Origin: a virus
Taxonomy: Duplodnaviria; Caudoviricetes
Virus record (IMG/VR): IMGVR_UViG_3300022602_000077
Span: 7,161 to 71,160 of that record
Direction: 5' to 3' (one strand)
DNA: 64,000 bases
Under the pieces are notes generated by a model that was not told the DNA's origin, ran no database searches, and was given only the letters and a program-made list of their open reading frames with translations. Shown here piece after piece: positions 1-7,185 of the stretch. How positions within the stretch are numbered: the stretch's first letter is position 1; the number at the start of each line of letters is the position of its first letter. The translations under genes were made by a program, and so were the position numbers.

Positions 1-159
1 GGTAAACGTCGCAATAACGGCGGCCCGCGCGAAAATTCAGGGGCCCCAAAAAAACCGGAATCGGAATTAAAAACAATTACTCTTAGAGTAACTGAGGCCG
101 AAAAAGAGTTTATTTCCAGGCTCAGAGACGCGAAAAAAGATTTTAAAGAAATTGTTTGA
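1..159 (+). CDS. 5'-truncated small DNA-binding protein (ribbon-helix-helix/Arc-like)
   Basis: Frame 1 reads GKRRNNGGPRENSGAPKKPESELKTITLRVTEAEKEFISRLRDAKKDFKEIV* (manual translation). GGxRxxAGxPKK followed by KTITLRV is typical of small phage RHH proteins. Confidence 0.5.
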   Translation, partial: GKRRNNGGPRENSGAPKKPESELKTITLRVTEAEKEFISRLRDAKKDFKEIV

Positions 160-165
160 AAATAG

Positions 166-197
166 TTGCAAAAATCAAAAAATATTTTTTACCTTTA
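166..197 (+). promoter_or_regulatory. Bacteroidota sigma-A-like promoter for the early operon
   Basis: TTG at 166-168, 21-nt spacer, TACCTTTA at 190-197 (variant of TAnnTTTG). Confidence 0.45.
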
Positions 198-214
198 CAG
201 AAATTATTCCTTTT

Positions 215-243
215 AGTCTTTGCCGGGACTATAAAAACAGGTA
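215..243 (+). repeat. 29-bp intergenic repeat, copy 1 (AGTCTTTGCCGGGACTATAAAAACAGGTA)
   Basis: Identical to the copies at 996 and 1526; ends 9 nt before ATG 253. Confidence 0.95.
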
Positions 244-252
244 TCCAATTTT

Positions 253-987
253 ATGAGTATCAGAAAAACAATTTTTCTTTTTCCTATTTATCTTGCCCCT
301 TATTTAATTAATGGTGATTTAGATAATTTAAATGATTCTGAAAAATCAGAAATTGATAATTTTATCAAACGTAATAATTTAGGAACTTGTCTCAGTGTTG
401 ACCTGGAAAATTCCCATTTTTCAGGCCGTAACGATTTAAATAATTTAGGCTCAGACGTTTGTTATTTCACGTTTGTAAAACTCCCAAAACCAAAACCTCA
501 AAAACCTTTGCACCTCAAAAATTTAGGCCAAGGATTGCACCTGTTTAACGACAAAAATTCTTTTGAATTGTGGCAGTGCAATAAACATTTTTCCGGTTTT
601 ACCCTTGCTTATAAAAATACAAAGTTGGAATTTGTCCGAGCCATAACCGTAAATGAAATTTTTGATAATTACCTGGTTTGCGCTTTATGGGCCTCAGAAA
701 TTGATAACAAAACTATTTACGAATTTGACGCGGTATTAAAAGCAAAGCTGAAAGATTTTGTCACAAAATTTGTTACCGACAATATTTTAGATTTGATTGA
801 ATCTGGTTTAACAAGTTCAGAAATAGGCCATTCCTTATGGTTAACTCAGAATCACCACGGGGCCGGATTTTTCGATTATTCTTTAGACGACGATTTAGAA
901 AACAGAATCACCGCTGCCGCGCAAAAAATCCCTGAAATGTACCTATCTATTCACGAACATACCGGCAATGTTATCGCTGATTTTTAA
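253..987 (+). CDS. Early hypothetical protein, apparent fusion of a DUF6926-like N-terminus and a phage YLxCALW...GHxxWLTxNxHGAGF domain
   Basis: ORF track 244 aa; YLINGDxxxLxDxExxxIDxF and YLVCALWAS...GHSLWLTQNHHGAGFFD motifs recognised. Confidence 0.55.
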   Translation: MSIRKTIFLFPIYLAPYLINGDLDNLNDSEKSEIDNFIKRNNLGTCLSVDLENSHFSGRNDLNNLGSDVCYFTFVKLPKPKPQKPLHLKNLGQGLHLFNDKNSFELWQCNKHFSGFTLAYKNTKLEFVRAITVNEIFDNYLVCALWASEIDNKTIYEFDAVLKAKLKDFVTKFVTDNILDLIESGLTSSEIGHSLWLTQNHHGAGFFDYSLDDDLENRITAAAQKIPEMYLSIHEHTGNVIADF

Positions 988-995
988 TTTTTCAA

Positions 996-1024
996 AGTCT
1001 TTGCCGGGACTATAAAAACAGGTA
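996..1024 (+). repeat. 29-bp intergenic repeat, copy 2
   Basis: Exact copy; ends 9 nt before ATG 1034. Confidence 0.95.
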
Positions 1025-1033
1025 ATAATTTTT

Positions 1034-1516
1034 ATGCTTTATCAGTTAAATTTCAAAAACGTCACTGCATTCGTTAAAAACAAGGAAGATGTGTTTTATT
1101 GGCTTCAAAATGCAAAAGCGCATATCTCAGAAAATATGAAAAAGGTTTTGCTTGAAAAACTTTTCAATTTTGAGGGCTTTTGCCAAAATATCGCAATAGG
1201 TAATAATTCAGGCAATCCGGTTCTATCAATAAAAAAAGTTACGGAAAAACAACAATTTTCAATACACTATGCTCAAAGAATCCGAAAAACTTTTACACAA
1301 GTTCACGCTTTACCGCTTAATTGTGAAGTCGTTATTAATTTGCATGATCGTAGAATAACCTTTTTAGGTGCAAAATTCTTTGATAAAATCTGTGGGAATG
1401 GCTGGATGCATTCTTACATGGAATACATAACCTTTGATAGGAATGGCCGGATTAAAGATTATACATGCGTAGACTCTGACATGGCCAAAACCGTTTATAA
1501 CCTTCTTAAAAAATAA
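1034..1516 (+). CDS. Hypothetical early protein
   Basis: 160-aa ORF bracketed by repeat copies 2 and 3. Confidence 0.7.
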   Translation: MLYQLNFKNVTAFVKNKEDVFYWLQNAKAHISENMKKVLLEKLFNFEGFCQNIAIGNNSGNPVLSIKKVTEKQQFSIHYAQRIRKTFTQVHALPLNCEVVINLHDRRITFLGAKFFDKICGNGWMHSYMEYITFDRNGRIKDYTCVDSDMAKTVYNLLKK

Positions 1517-1525
1517 CAATCAAAA

Positions 1526-1554
1526 AGTCTTTGCCGGGACTATAAAAACAGGTA
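1526..1554 (+). repeat. 29-bp intergenic repeat, copy 3
   Basis: Exact copy; ATA rather than ATG lies 9 nt downstream. Confidence 0.95.
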
Positions 1555-1563
1555 TCAATCAAA

Positions 1564-1635
1564 ATAAGAATCGTTCTTTTCCTGGCCGTTATTGCGGCCC
1601 TTGTTTCAATGTTTATAGATTTTAAATGCTCTTAA
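1564..1635 (+). CDS. Putative 23-aa hydrophobic micropeptide with ATA (non-canonical or mutated) start
   Basis: (I/M)RIVLFLAVIAALVSMFIDFKCS*. Start has the same 9-nt spacing from the repeat as neighbouring ATGs; the stop abuts repeat copy 4. Confidence 0.4.
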   Translation: MRIVLFLAVIAALVSMFIDFKCS

Positions 1636-1663
1636 GTCTTTGCCGGGACATTAAACACAGGTA
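1635..1663 (+). repeat. 29-bp intergenic repeat, copy 4 (variant AGTCTTTGCCGGGACATTAAACACAGGTA)
   Basis: Three mismatches to consensus; ends 9 nt before ATG 1673. Confidence 0.9.
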
Positions 1664-1672
1664 TCAATTTTT

Positions 1673-1888
1673 ATGAAAAAGTTATTTTGTTATGAAGTCA
1701 TTTTGCCGTTATTTTTTCTGTATATGATGGGCCTTACCACATACGGTTTTAATTATGTTTTTTCCTGGAAACGCGCCGCCCTGGCCTTTATGTGCCTTCG
1801 CAGTTCATTACGCCAGGGATGGAGTGTTTTTCATTGTTTCTCATCTTTGCATTATTTTTTCAAAATCTCAAATTTTCAGAATCTATGA
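1673..1888 (+). CDS. Small hydrophobic hypothetical protein
   Basis: 71-aa ORF following repeat 4; its stop overlaps ATG 1885 (ATGA). Confidence 0.55.
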   Translation: MKKLFCYEVILPLFFLYMMGLTTYGFNYVFSWKRAALAFMCLRSSLRQGWSVFHCFSSLHYFFKISNFQNL

Positions 1889-2217
1889 ATCAGGCGGAAA
1901 TCAAAAAAGATTTATTTCTTACTGATGTGGAAACTATTCAGGAATTTCGGAACCTTTATTTAACCGCTTCTGAAATAGCGGTTAAATTCAGGTTTGAAGT
2001 CACAGAAAAGGTAAAAGACCTTTACCCTTATAACTGGCCTGGTAATGCCACTGAAATGGCTATTTTTCACCTGAAATACAACGATGACAATGTTTCTGGC
2101 GAATGCTCTTTTCCAATACCCAGGACTGTTAACCATCCTGAAACGTGGGAGCCACACGTTTCAAAATTTTATCTTTCTTTTGTAAACTTATTTAAACCAA
2201 ATTTAAAAAGTATATAA
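1885..2217 (+). CDS. Hypothetical protein (start MNQAEIKK)
   Basis: 3' part of track ORF 1792..2217; ATGA coupling with the upstream stop favours ATG 1885. Confidence 0.65.
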   Translation: MNQAEIKKDLFLTDVETIQEFRNLYLTASEIAVKFRFEVTEKVKDLYPYNWPGNATEMAIFHLKYNDDNVSGECSFPIPRTVNHPETWEPHVSKFYLSFVNLFKPNLKSI

Positions 2218-2220
2218 ACT

Positions 2221-2649
2221 ATGCTGACACTACCCCAGGTACTTCAAAAACACCCCGATAAAAAATCATTGATCAATGCCGTAATAAATCATATTGGCGT
2301 TACCAATGTTGCTGCCGTTCAGGAACTTGGCCCCGCTGCCGGGTTTCCCGGCTTTATCTATCCGCACGATACGGTTAAGTTTTACAGAAAACACCGTAAA
2401 AAACTAAATATGTGGATTTTCGCTGTTGCTCAGAAACAGAATAAATCACCTTTGGAAATGCTCTGTGAAACAGATATGTTTTCTAAATTTCCGCCTCAGT
2501 TGCAAGATATTGAAATTAATGAATGCTTAAGTTCACAAAGTCTGCCCGAAAACCCTTATACCGAAATAGAACATGCCTTTGCTCTTTTCACTCTTGAAAA
2601 CGTTTGTTTGTTATTTGGGAAACCTCATTATACCCCTCAAAACCAATAA
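2221..2649 (+). CDS. DUF7222-like phage hypothetical protein
   Basis: GxAAGFPGFIYxxDTVxFYxKHR motif. Confidence 0.55.
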   Translation: MLTLPQVLQKHPDKKSLINAVINHIGVTNVAAVQELGPAAGFPGFIYPHDTVKFYRKHRKKLNMWIFAVAQKQNKSPLEMLCETDMFSKFPPQLQDIEINECLSSQSLPENPYTEIEHAFALFTLENVCLLFGKPHYTPQNQ

Positions 2650-2703
2650 AAGTTCAAAATTCACTATCTAAAGTTTTGTTTTTCTTAACTTTTAGTCTAC
2701 TTT

Positions 2704-2733
2704 AGCCCCGTGATTTTTCACGGGGCTTTTTTT
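2704..2733 (+). terminator. Rho-independent terminator
   Basis: AGCCCCGTGA-ttt-TCACGGGGCT followed by a T-run. Confidence 0.75.
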
Positions 2734-3279
2734 ATGTCATTTACGTCACGCGCTTACCGATACTTCCAGAATAAGAAAAAACCTCAGCTATCCGATCTGA
2801 TGGTATTGCCTTCCGGTGCATTCCGTGAAAGTTTTTCTAATATCAAAGTTCACGAAAACGGGATTATTACCCGCACTTTAAGAACTTACCCTTATGATGA
2901 ACTACCCATTTCCTACAAAAAAGCCTCTTTTGCCCGCTGTGGCATGAATCTCTTTGAAACCGGCTGGGGTAATGGTTATGTATCAATCCCCGAAAATCAC
3001 CCGTTTTTGGCCTTAATACCCCGCGAATCGTCGATTTTAGAATTGTCCACATGGTACGTTATTGACACGACCTACCAAAATGCCGATAATGTGCTCGATT
3101 TGCCGGGAAATTGCTGGACGTATTCAAACTTTGGCGCAATCGAAGGTTTTGAAGGCAATTTCATGACTTTTGGTTTCGATACTGCTCACTATAATCAGAA
3201 CCTCACCAACTGGCCGGAATCACGGATTTTATCAGTTTTAGAAAATATCGTTCACATCATAAATAACACAAATGGATAG
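2734..3279 (+). CDS. Conserved phage hypothetical protein (GYVxIPxxHP...GFDxAH family)
   Basis: WGNGYVSIPENHPF and FGFDTAHY motifs. The track GTG start at 2710 lies within the terminator, so ATG 2734 is preferred. Confidence 0.65.
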   Translation: MSFTSRAYRYFQNKKKPQLSDLMVLPSGAFRESFSNIKVHENGIITRTLRTYPYDELPISYKKASFARCGMNLFETGWGNGYVSIPENHPFLALIPRESSILELSTWYVIDTTYQNADNVLDLPGNCWTYSNFGAIEGFEGNFMTFGFDTAHYNQNLTNWPESRILSVLENIVHIINNTNG

Positions 3280-3562
3280 TCTTCTTTTTCCGCTAGGTGA
3301 CAAAAGCACACAAAGCACACAAAGCACAACTTTGCGCCTCGGTATTTCCGACAAAAGACATGCTGAATTAATCGAATTTGTCCCCCGCATAGTCGCAAAG
3401 AACATCAAAGAGGGAACTGCTGGTTATTTGCTCCTTTTTGCCAAAGAAGCCAAAACCGTTCAGGAATTTGGCTGGATGTGCAAAATATTCGGTGAATGGT
3501 CTATTCAATTGGTACAAAGATTCCCCTTTCTGGTGCCTGAAGAATTTAAACATCAAATGTAA
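3272..3562 (+). CDS. Hypothetical protein with in-frame 9-bp tandem repeat (STQSTQST)
   Basis: 96-aa ORF overlapping the upstream stop; AAAGCACAC-type unit three times near 3303-3329. Confidence 0.6.
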   Translation: MDSLLFPLGDKSTQSTQSTTLRLGISDKRHAELIEFVPRIVAKNIKEGTAGYLLLFAKEAKTVQEFGWMCKIFGEWSIQLVQRFPFLVPEEFKHQM

Positions 3563-3588
3563 AATCTCACAAGTAAAAAACACACAAA

Positions 3589-4299
3589 ATGGAATCGAAC
3601 GGCAAATCACATCCGCTATGCGCATTAAACTTCACGCGCGATGAATCAATGTTCACAAACCTGCCCCACAACATTAACCGCGAAATCGACAAAAATCACG
3701 TTAAAACGCTCACGCGCAGTCTTAATCTCATTGGCTCGCTCAGGGCAGTGATCGCAGCACATCTGTCATTCCTTGACCCTAATTTGCTCTATGTTATCGA
3801 TGGTCAGCATCTTATCGAAGGTTCAAAAGCATCTGGTGATGAAATTGCGTTTCTCGAAATCAGAATTGCATCCCCGCTCGAACTGATCACGGTCATTTCC
3901 ATGCTGAATAGTTCTTCGAAAAACTGGAAAACGGAAGATTATGTTCTTTCCTGGTCTTGGCTCTCTAAAGACTACCATACTCTTTACGGAATCAGCCGCG
4001 AAAAAAAGGTTTCTGTGGCCTGGGCGGCCTGCGCCTTTTCGCTGCTTACCACACGCGGCACAAAAAGTAAAAACGTACTCAAGAATGGCGATTTCAAAAT
4101 TCTTGATGAGGTAAGCGGCAAGAAAATCATAGATTACCTTATCGACGTTTTCACAATCATCGGTAAAAATAACCGCGATAAAACAGGTTATAACCATGCG
4201 GCTTTCAAAGACTATATGGTCAAACACGCCCGTGAAATTTACTTCTTCAAAGACAAAAAAGATGATTTTCTTAAATTTTTCATGAAATATAAAAAATGA
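3589..4299 (+). CDS. ParB/Srx-like N-terminal domain protein
   Basis: NRxIDxxHVxxL...YVIDGQH motif. Confidence 0.65.
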   Translation: MESNGKSHPLCALNFTRDESMFTNLPHNINREIDKNHVKTLTRSLNLIGSLRAVIAAHLSFLDPNLLYVIDGQHLIEGSKASGDEIAFLEIRIASPLELITVISMLNSSSKNWKTEDYVLSWSWLSKDYHTLYGISREKKVSVAWAACAFSLLTTRGTKSKNVLKNGDFKILDEVSGKKIIDYLIDVFTIIGKNNRDKTGYNHAAFKDYMVKHAREIYFFKDKKDDFLKFFMKYKK

Positions 4300-4499
4300 C
4301 ACCTCAGCAAAAACTTTTCCTTACTTTGGCAGGCAGCAATCTCACTTATTGTGAGATTGCTGATTTAATGGGAAAATCCGAAAGAACCGTTGACGGATAC
4401 CGCGAAAGCTTATTCAAAAAATACAAGGTCAATAACCGCGCCTCCATGGTTGTTACGGCGCTTAAATTTAAAATCATAACCTTAAATTCCATAGAATGA
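4296..4499 (+). CDS. Stand-alone LuxR-type HTH regulator
   Basis: LTYCEIADLMGKSERTVDGYRESLFKKYKVNNRASMV. Confidence 0.85.
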   Translation: MTPQQKLFLTLAGSNLTYCEIADLMGKSERTVDGYRESLFKKYKVNNRASMVVTALKFKIITLNSIE

Positions 4500-4900
4500 A
4501 AATCGACGAAAAAGGAAACCTGATCACATGGCAGCGCTGGTTGTTTTCTTCCACTTTCGGTTTATACCCTTCTGCTTTTTTCGATGGGTGGGAATCGACA
4601 TGTTTATGTGTTGTTCTTTTTCCTTTTCTGCTCCCTTTACATATACTCAACTTTTTCCAAAACAGAAGGAGCGTTTTCTATACGCAGATTATGGTAGCTA
4701 TCGACATCCTTTCATGGGATTTGTACCACAAGCAATACATTTCCGCTGCTCTTTATCTGCTTGCCTGGTCTATTGTCCAGGTATTTATTACGCGTTTTCT
4801 TCATCGTCAAAGAATACGACATGAAGAAACGAAAAAAGCTTTGGATGATCTTATTTCTGATCTGGAAAGCTATCGGAAAAAACTCAGAGGCGAAGACTAA
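4496..4900 (+). CDS. Membrane protein
   Basis: 134 aa with several hydrophobic segments and a charged C-terminal tail; ATGA-coupled to the upstream gene. Confidence 0.6.
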   Translation: MKIDEKGNLITWQRWLFSSTFGLYPSAFFDGWESTCLCVVLFPFLLPLHILNFFQNRRSVFYTQIMVAIDILSWDLYHKQYISAALYLLAWSIVQVFITRFLHRQRIRHEETKKALDDLISDLESYRKKLRGED

Positions 4901-6318
4901 CCTTTCCACTTTTTCACCAATGCCTTTACTGCGTTAAGCAACGCCTGCTGATCATCTTCCTTCCCGTCCAGTGCCGCCACCACCTTTTCATCTTGTGTGC
5001 CCCTGATTATGTACCTTCTGTTAACCACCGGGAATTCCTGCCCCGGCCTGTCCAGCCGCATCAGGGCTTGCAGGTATAGTTCCAGATCATAATTAAGCCC
5101 GAAGAACCCCACCAGGTGCCCGCCAAATTGAAGGTTCAGCCCATGCCCCGCGCTGGCTGCATGTGCCAGCATCACGGGTATTTCCTTTTTGTTCCACCTT
5201 GGGTATACTGTTTTACTGTTTTTGCTGGTGAGCACTTCCGGTTTATAGGCTTCCAGCCGCTTCATCAGCCGCTCCCGGTCATGCTGGTATTGGTAAAAAA
5301 TCAAAAAAGATTCTCCCCCGGCTATGGCCGCTTCCACATCTTCGGCTATTACTTCCAGCTTCACATCATGCACCTCATAATATTCCTTACCGTCAATAAC
5401 TTTTTTTTCTTCGTTGTAAACCGCGCCATTGGCGAACTGCAATAGTTTTCCCATCAGCACCGCCGCGTTAATCGCTGTTATTTCTTCACGGTCAAGAAAG
5501 CTTAAAACCTGATCTCTTTCGAATAGTTCATACCGCTTGCGCACCTCTACCGGAAAGTCTACATAAACCATCTGATCTATTCTTTTCGGCAAATCCAGGT
5601 AGTCGTCTTTCTCCATGCTGATGCATATATCCGCTATCTTTTCATGAATCTTTACGGCATAGTAATCCTCCCCTATCAGGTCTTCTTTTTCCTTCTTCAG
5701 TTCATATACCTGGTGCATTCCTTCATTGTGCCCCCTGAAGTATTTTTCCCTGTAGCCCCCTATGGTTTCGCCCAGGCGTTCACCCTTGTCAAGAAGGTAT
5801 ATCTGGCTCCAAAGATTAAGCAATCCGTTTGGTGCCGGGGTGCCGGTCAGGGCCACCACCCTTTTCATTTTGGGGCGCATGGTGCGCAGTTTTTTAAACC
5901 GCTGGCTGCTGTGGTTTTTAAATTTTGAAGATTCATCTATTACCACCATATCATAGGGCCATCGCCCACCTAGCTGCCCGATCAGCCAAACCACATTTTC
6001 CACATTGATCAAGTAGATGTCTGCTTTGGCCTTCATCCCGTCTTTGCGCTGCTGCTCCGTTCCCAGGATTTTCGCTACCCGCAAATGTTTCAGATGTTCC
6101 CATTTTTGTACCTCAGCCATCCAAACTTCCTGTACCACCAGAAGCGGCGCTATTACCAGAACTTTCTGAACTTCCAACCGGTCGTATATAAGCTGATCTA
6201 TGGCCGTCAAGGTCATAACCGTTTTCCCCAGCCCCATACCCACGAAAAGCCCGGCGAAAGGATTTTCAAGAATATGGTTCGTTCCGAATTGTTGATAGTG
6301 ATAGGGTTTGAATATCAT
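4897..6318 (-). CDS. SNF2-family (DEAD-like) phage helicase
   Basis: GMGLGKT (Walker A), VVIDESS (motif II), LTGTP, SAGHGLNLQ, QALMRLDRPGQ. Confidence 0.92.
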   Translation of the reverse strand: MIFKPYHYQQFGTNHILENPFAGLFVGMGLGKTVMTLTAIDQLIYDRLEVQKVLVIAPLLVVQEVWMAEVQKWEHLKHLRVAKILGTEQQRKDGMKAKADIYLINVENVVWLIGQLGGRWPYDMVVIDESSKFKNHSSQRFKKLRTMRPKMKRVVALTGTPAPNGLLNLWSQIYLLDKGERLGETIGGYREKYFRGHNEGMHQVYELKKEKEDLIGEDYYAVKIHEKIADICISMEKDDYLDLPKRIDQMVYVDFPVEVRKRYELFERDQVLSFLDREEITAINAAVLMGKLLQFANGAVYNEEKKVIDGKEYYEVHDVKLEVIAEDVEAAIAGGESFLIFYQYQHDRERLMKRLEAYKPEVLTSKNSKTVYPRWNKKEIPVMLAHAASAGHGLNLQFGGHLVGFFGLNYDLELYLQALMRLDRPGQEFPVVNRRYIIRGTQDEKVVAALDGKEDDQQALLNAVKALVKKWKG

Positions 6319-6578
6319 TTTTCCTTTTTAAGAAATACGTGCCAAACATATCCGGCATCCTGATAAGTGCCGCAGTATCCTGCATTGGGGTCTTCAAATA
6401 ACTGACCGGTCGCAACGGTAAGAATGCGCCATTTTTCTTTTCGGGCTTGTGGGTCAACCATCGCCCATATAAAAGGTGCTCCGTTTTGCATTTGTAAAGT
6501 CAATACCGTAAACCCGAAAGGGAGTTCGAGGATGATTTTTTCTAAACCTCCTACAGGGTATTTATAAATTCTATTCAT
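6315..6578 (-). CDS. DUF7352-like hypothetical protein
   Basis: IYKYP...LPxG..VLxLQMQ..xPxIWAMVDP...GTxQxxGYVWHVF pattern. Confidence 0.65.
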   Translation of the reverse strand: MNRIYKYPVGGLEKIILELPFGFTVLTLQMQNGAPFIWAMVDPQARKEKWRILTVATGQLFEDPNAGYCGTYQDAGYVWHVFLKKEK

Positions 6579-6580
6579 AT

Positions 6581-6859
6581 CTAGGATTTTATTGTTGTTA
6601 GGAATATATCAAGCTTGTCTTGTGTGTCTATCGTGAAAACTTGGAATCCCAATTTCCGCAGCATTCCATGCACTATATCCTGCCTTGGCGTGGTATGCTT
6701 CCCTGTGGTTTTGATCTCCGCGAAAAATACCCTGCCTCCCGGCATCAGTACCATCCTGTCGGGCAACCCTGTAAAAAGGGTAGAAAGCAGCTTAATCGCT
6801 ATGCCTCCCTGGTCTTTCACCCCACTTACCAGTTTTTTTTCTAATAGCTTCTCATTCAT
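6581..6859 (-). CDS. VRR-NUC domain nuclease
   Basis: EKxLE..L...GLPDRMVLMPGGRVFFAEIKTTG..PRQ. Confidence 0.92.
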   Translation of the reverse strand: MNEKLLEKKLVSGVKDQGGIAIKLLSTLFTGLPDRMVLMPGGRVFFAEIKTTGKHTTPRQDIVHGMLRKLGFQVFTIDTQDKLDIFLTTIKS

Positions 6860-6871
6860 GTTATTTTATTT

Positions 6872-7185
6872 AAAGGTGTCCCAACTTTCCTGTCTTGGGA
6901 CACCTTTGGGACACCTTTTGGGGCACCTAAATGCCCATCTGTAGGGCTTTTCAGCCAAAGTGTCCCAATGTCCCAACATTTTTCTTATAGACTTGTTTAT
7001 AAAAAATTCTGCGCGTTACATAATACATTTGTATTTGTGTGTGCTCTACTCTTTTTTAAAATAACTCCTTATACATTTTTTCCCTTTTTTGGGACACTTC
7101 CTCTGAAAGCAGCCATAGAAGCCAATCTAAGTGTCCCAAAAGGTGTCCCAAAAGGTGTCCCAATTTTCGGTTTTGGGACACCTAA
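6872..7185. repeat. Putative replication origin: ten TGTCCCA/TGGGACA iterons flanking an AT-rich core
   Basis: Copies at about 6877, 6896, 6907, 6961, 6969, 7090, 7132, 7144, 7156 and 7174 in both orientations, directly downstream of the primase-helicase gene. Confidence 0.75.

Noticed and set aside
215-1663. 29-bp repeats as a CRISPR array
   Set aside because: Spacers are 752, 501 and 80 nt and contain genes; no cas genes nearby.
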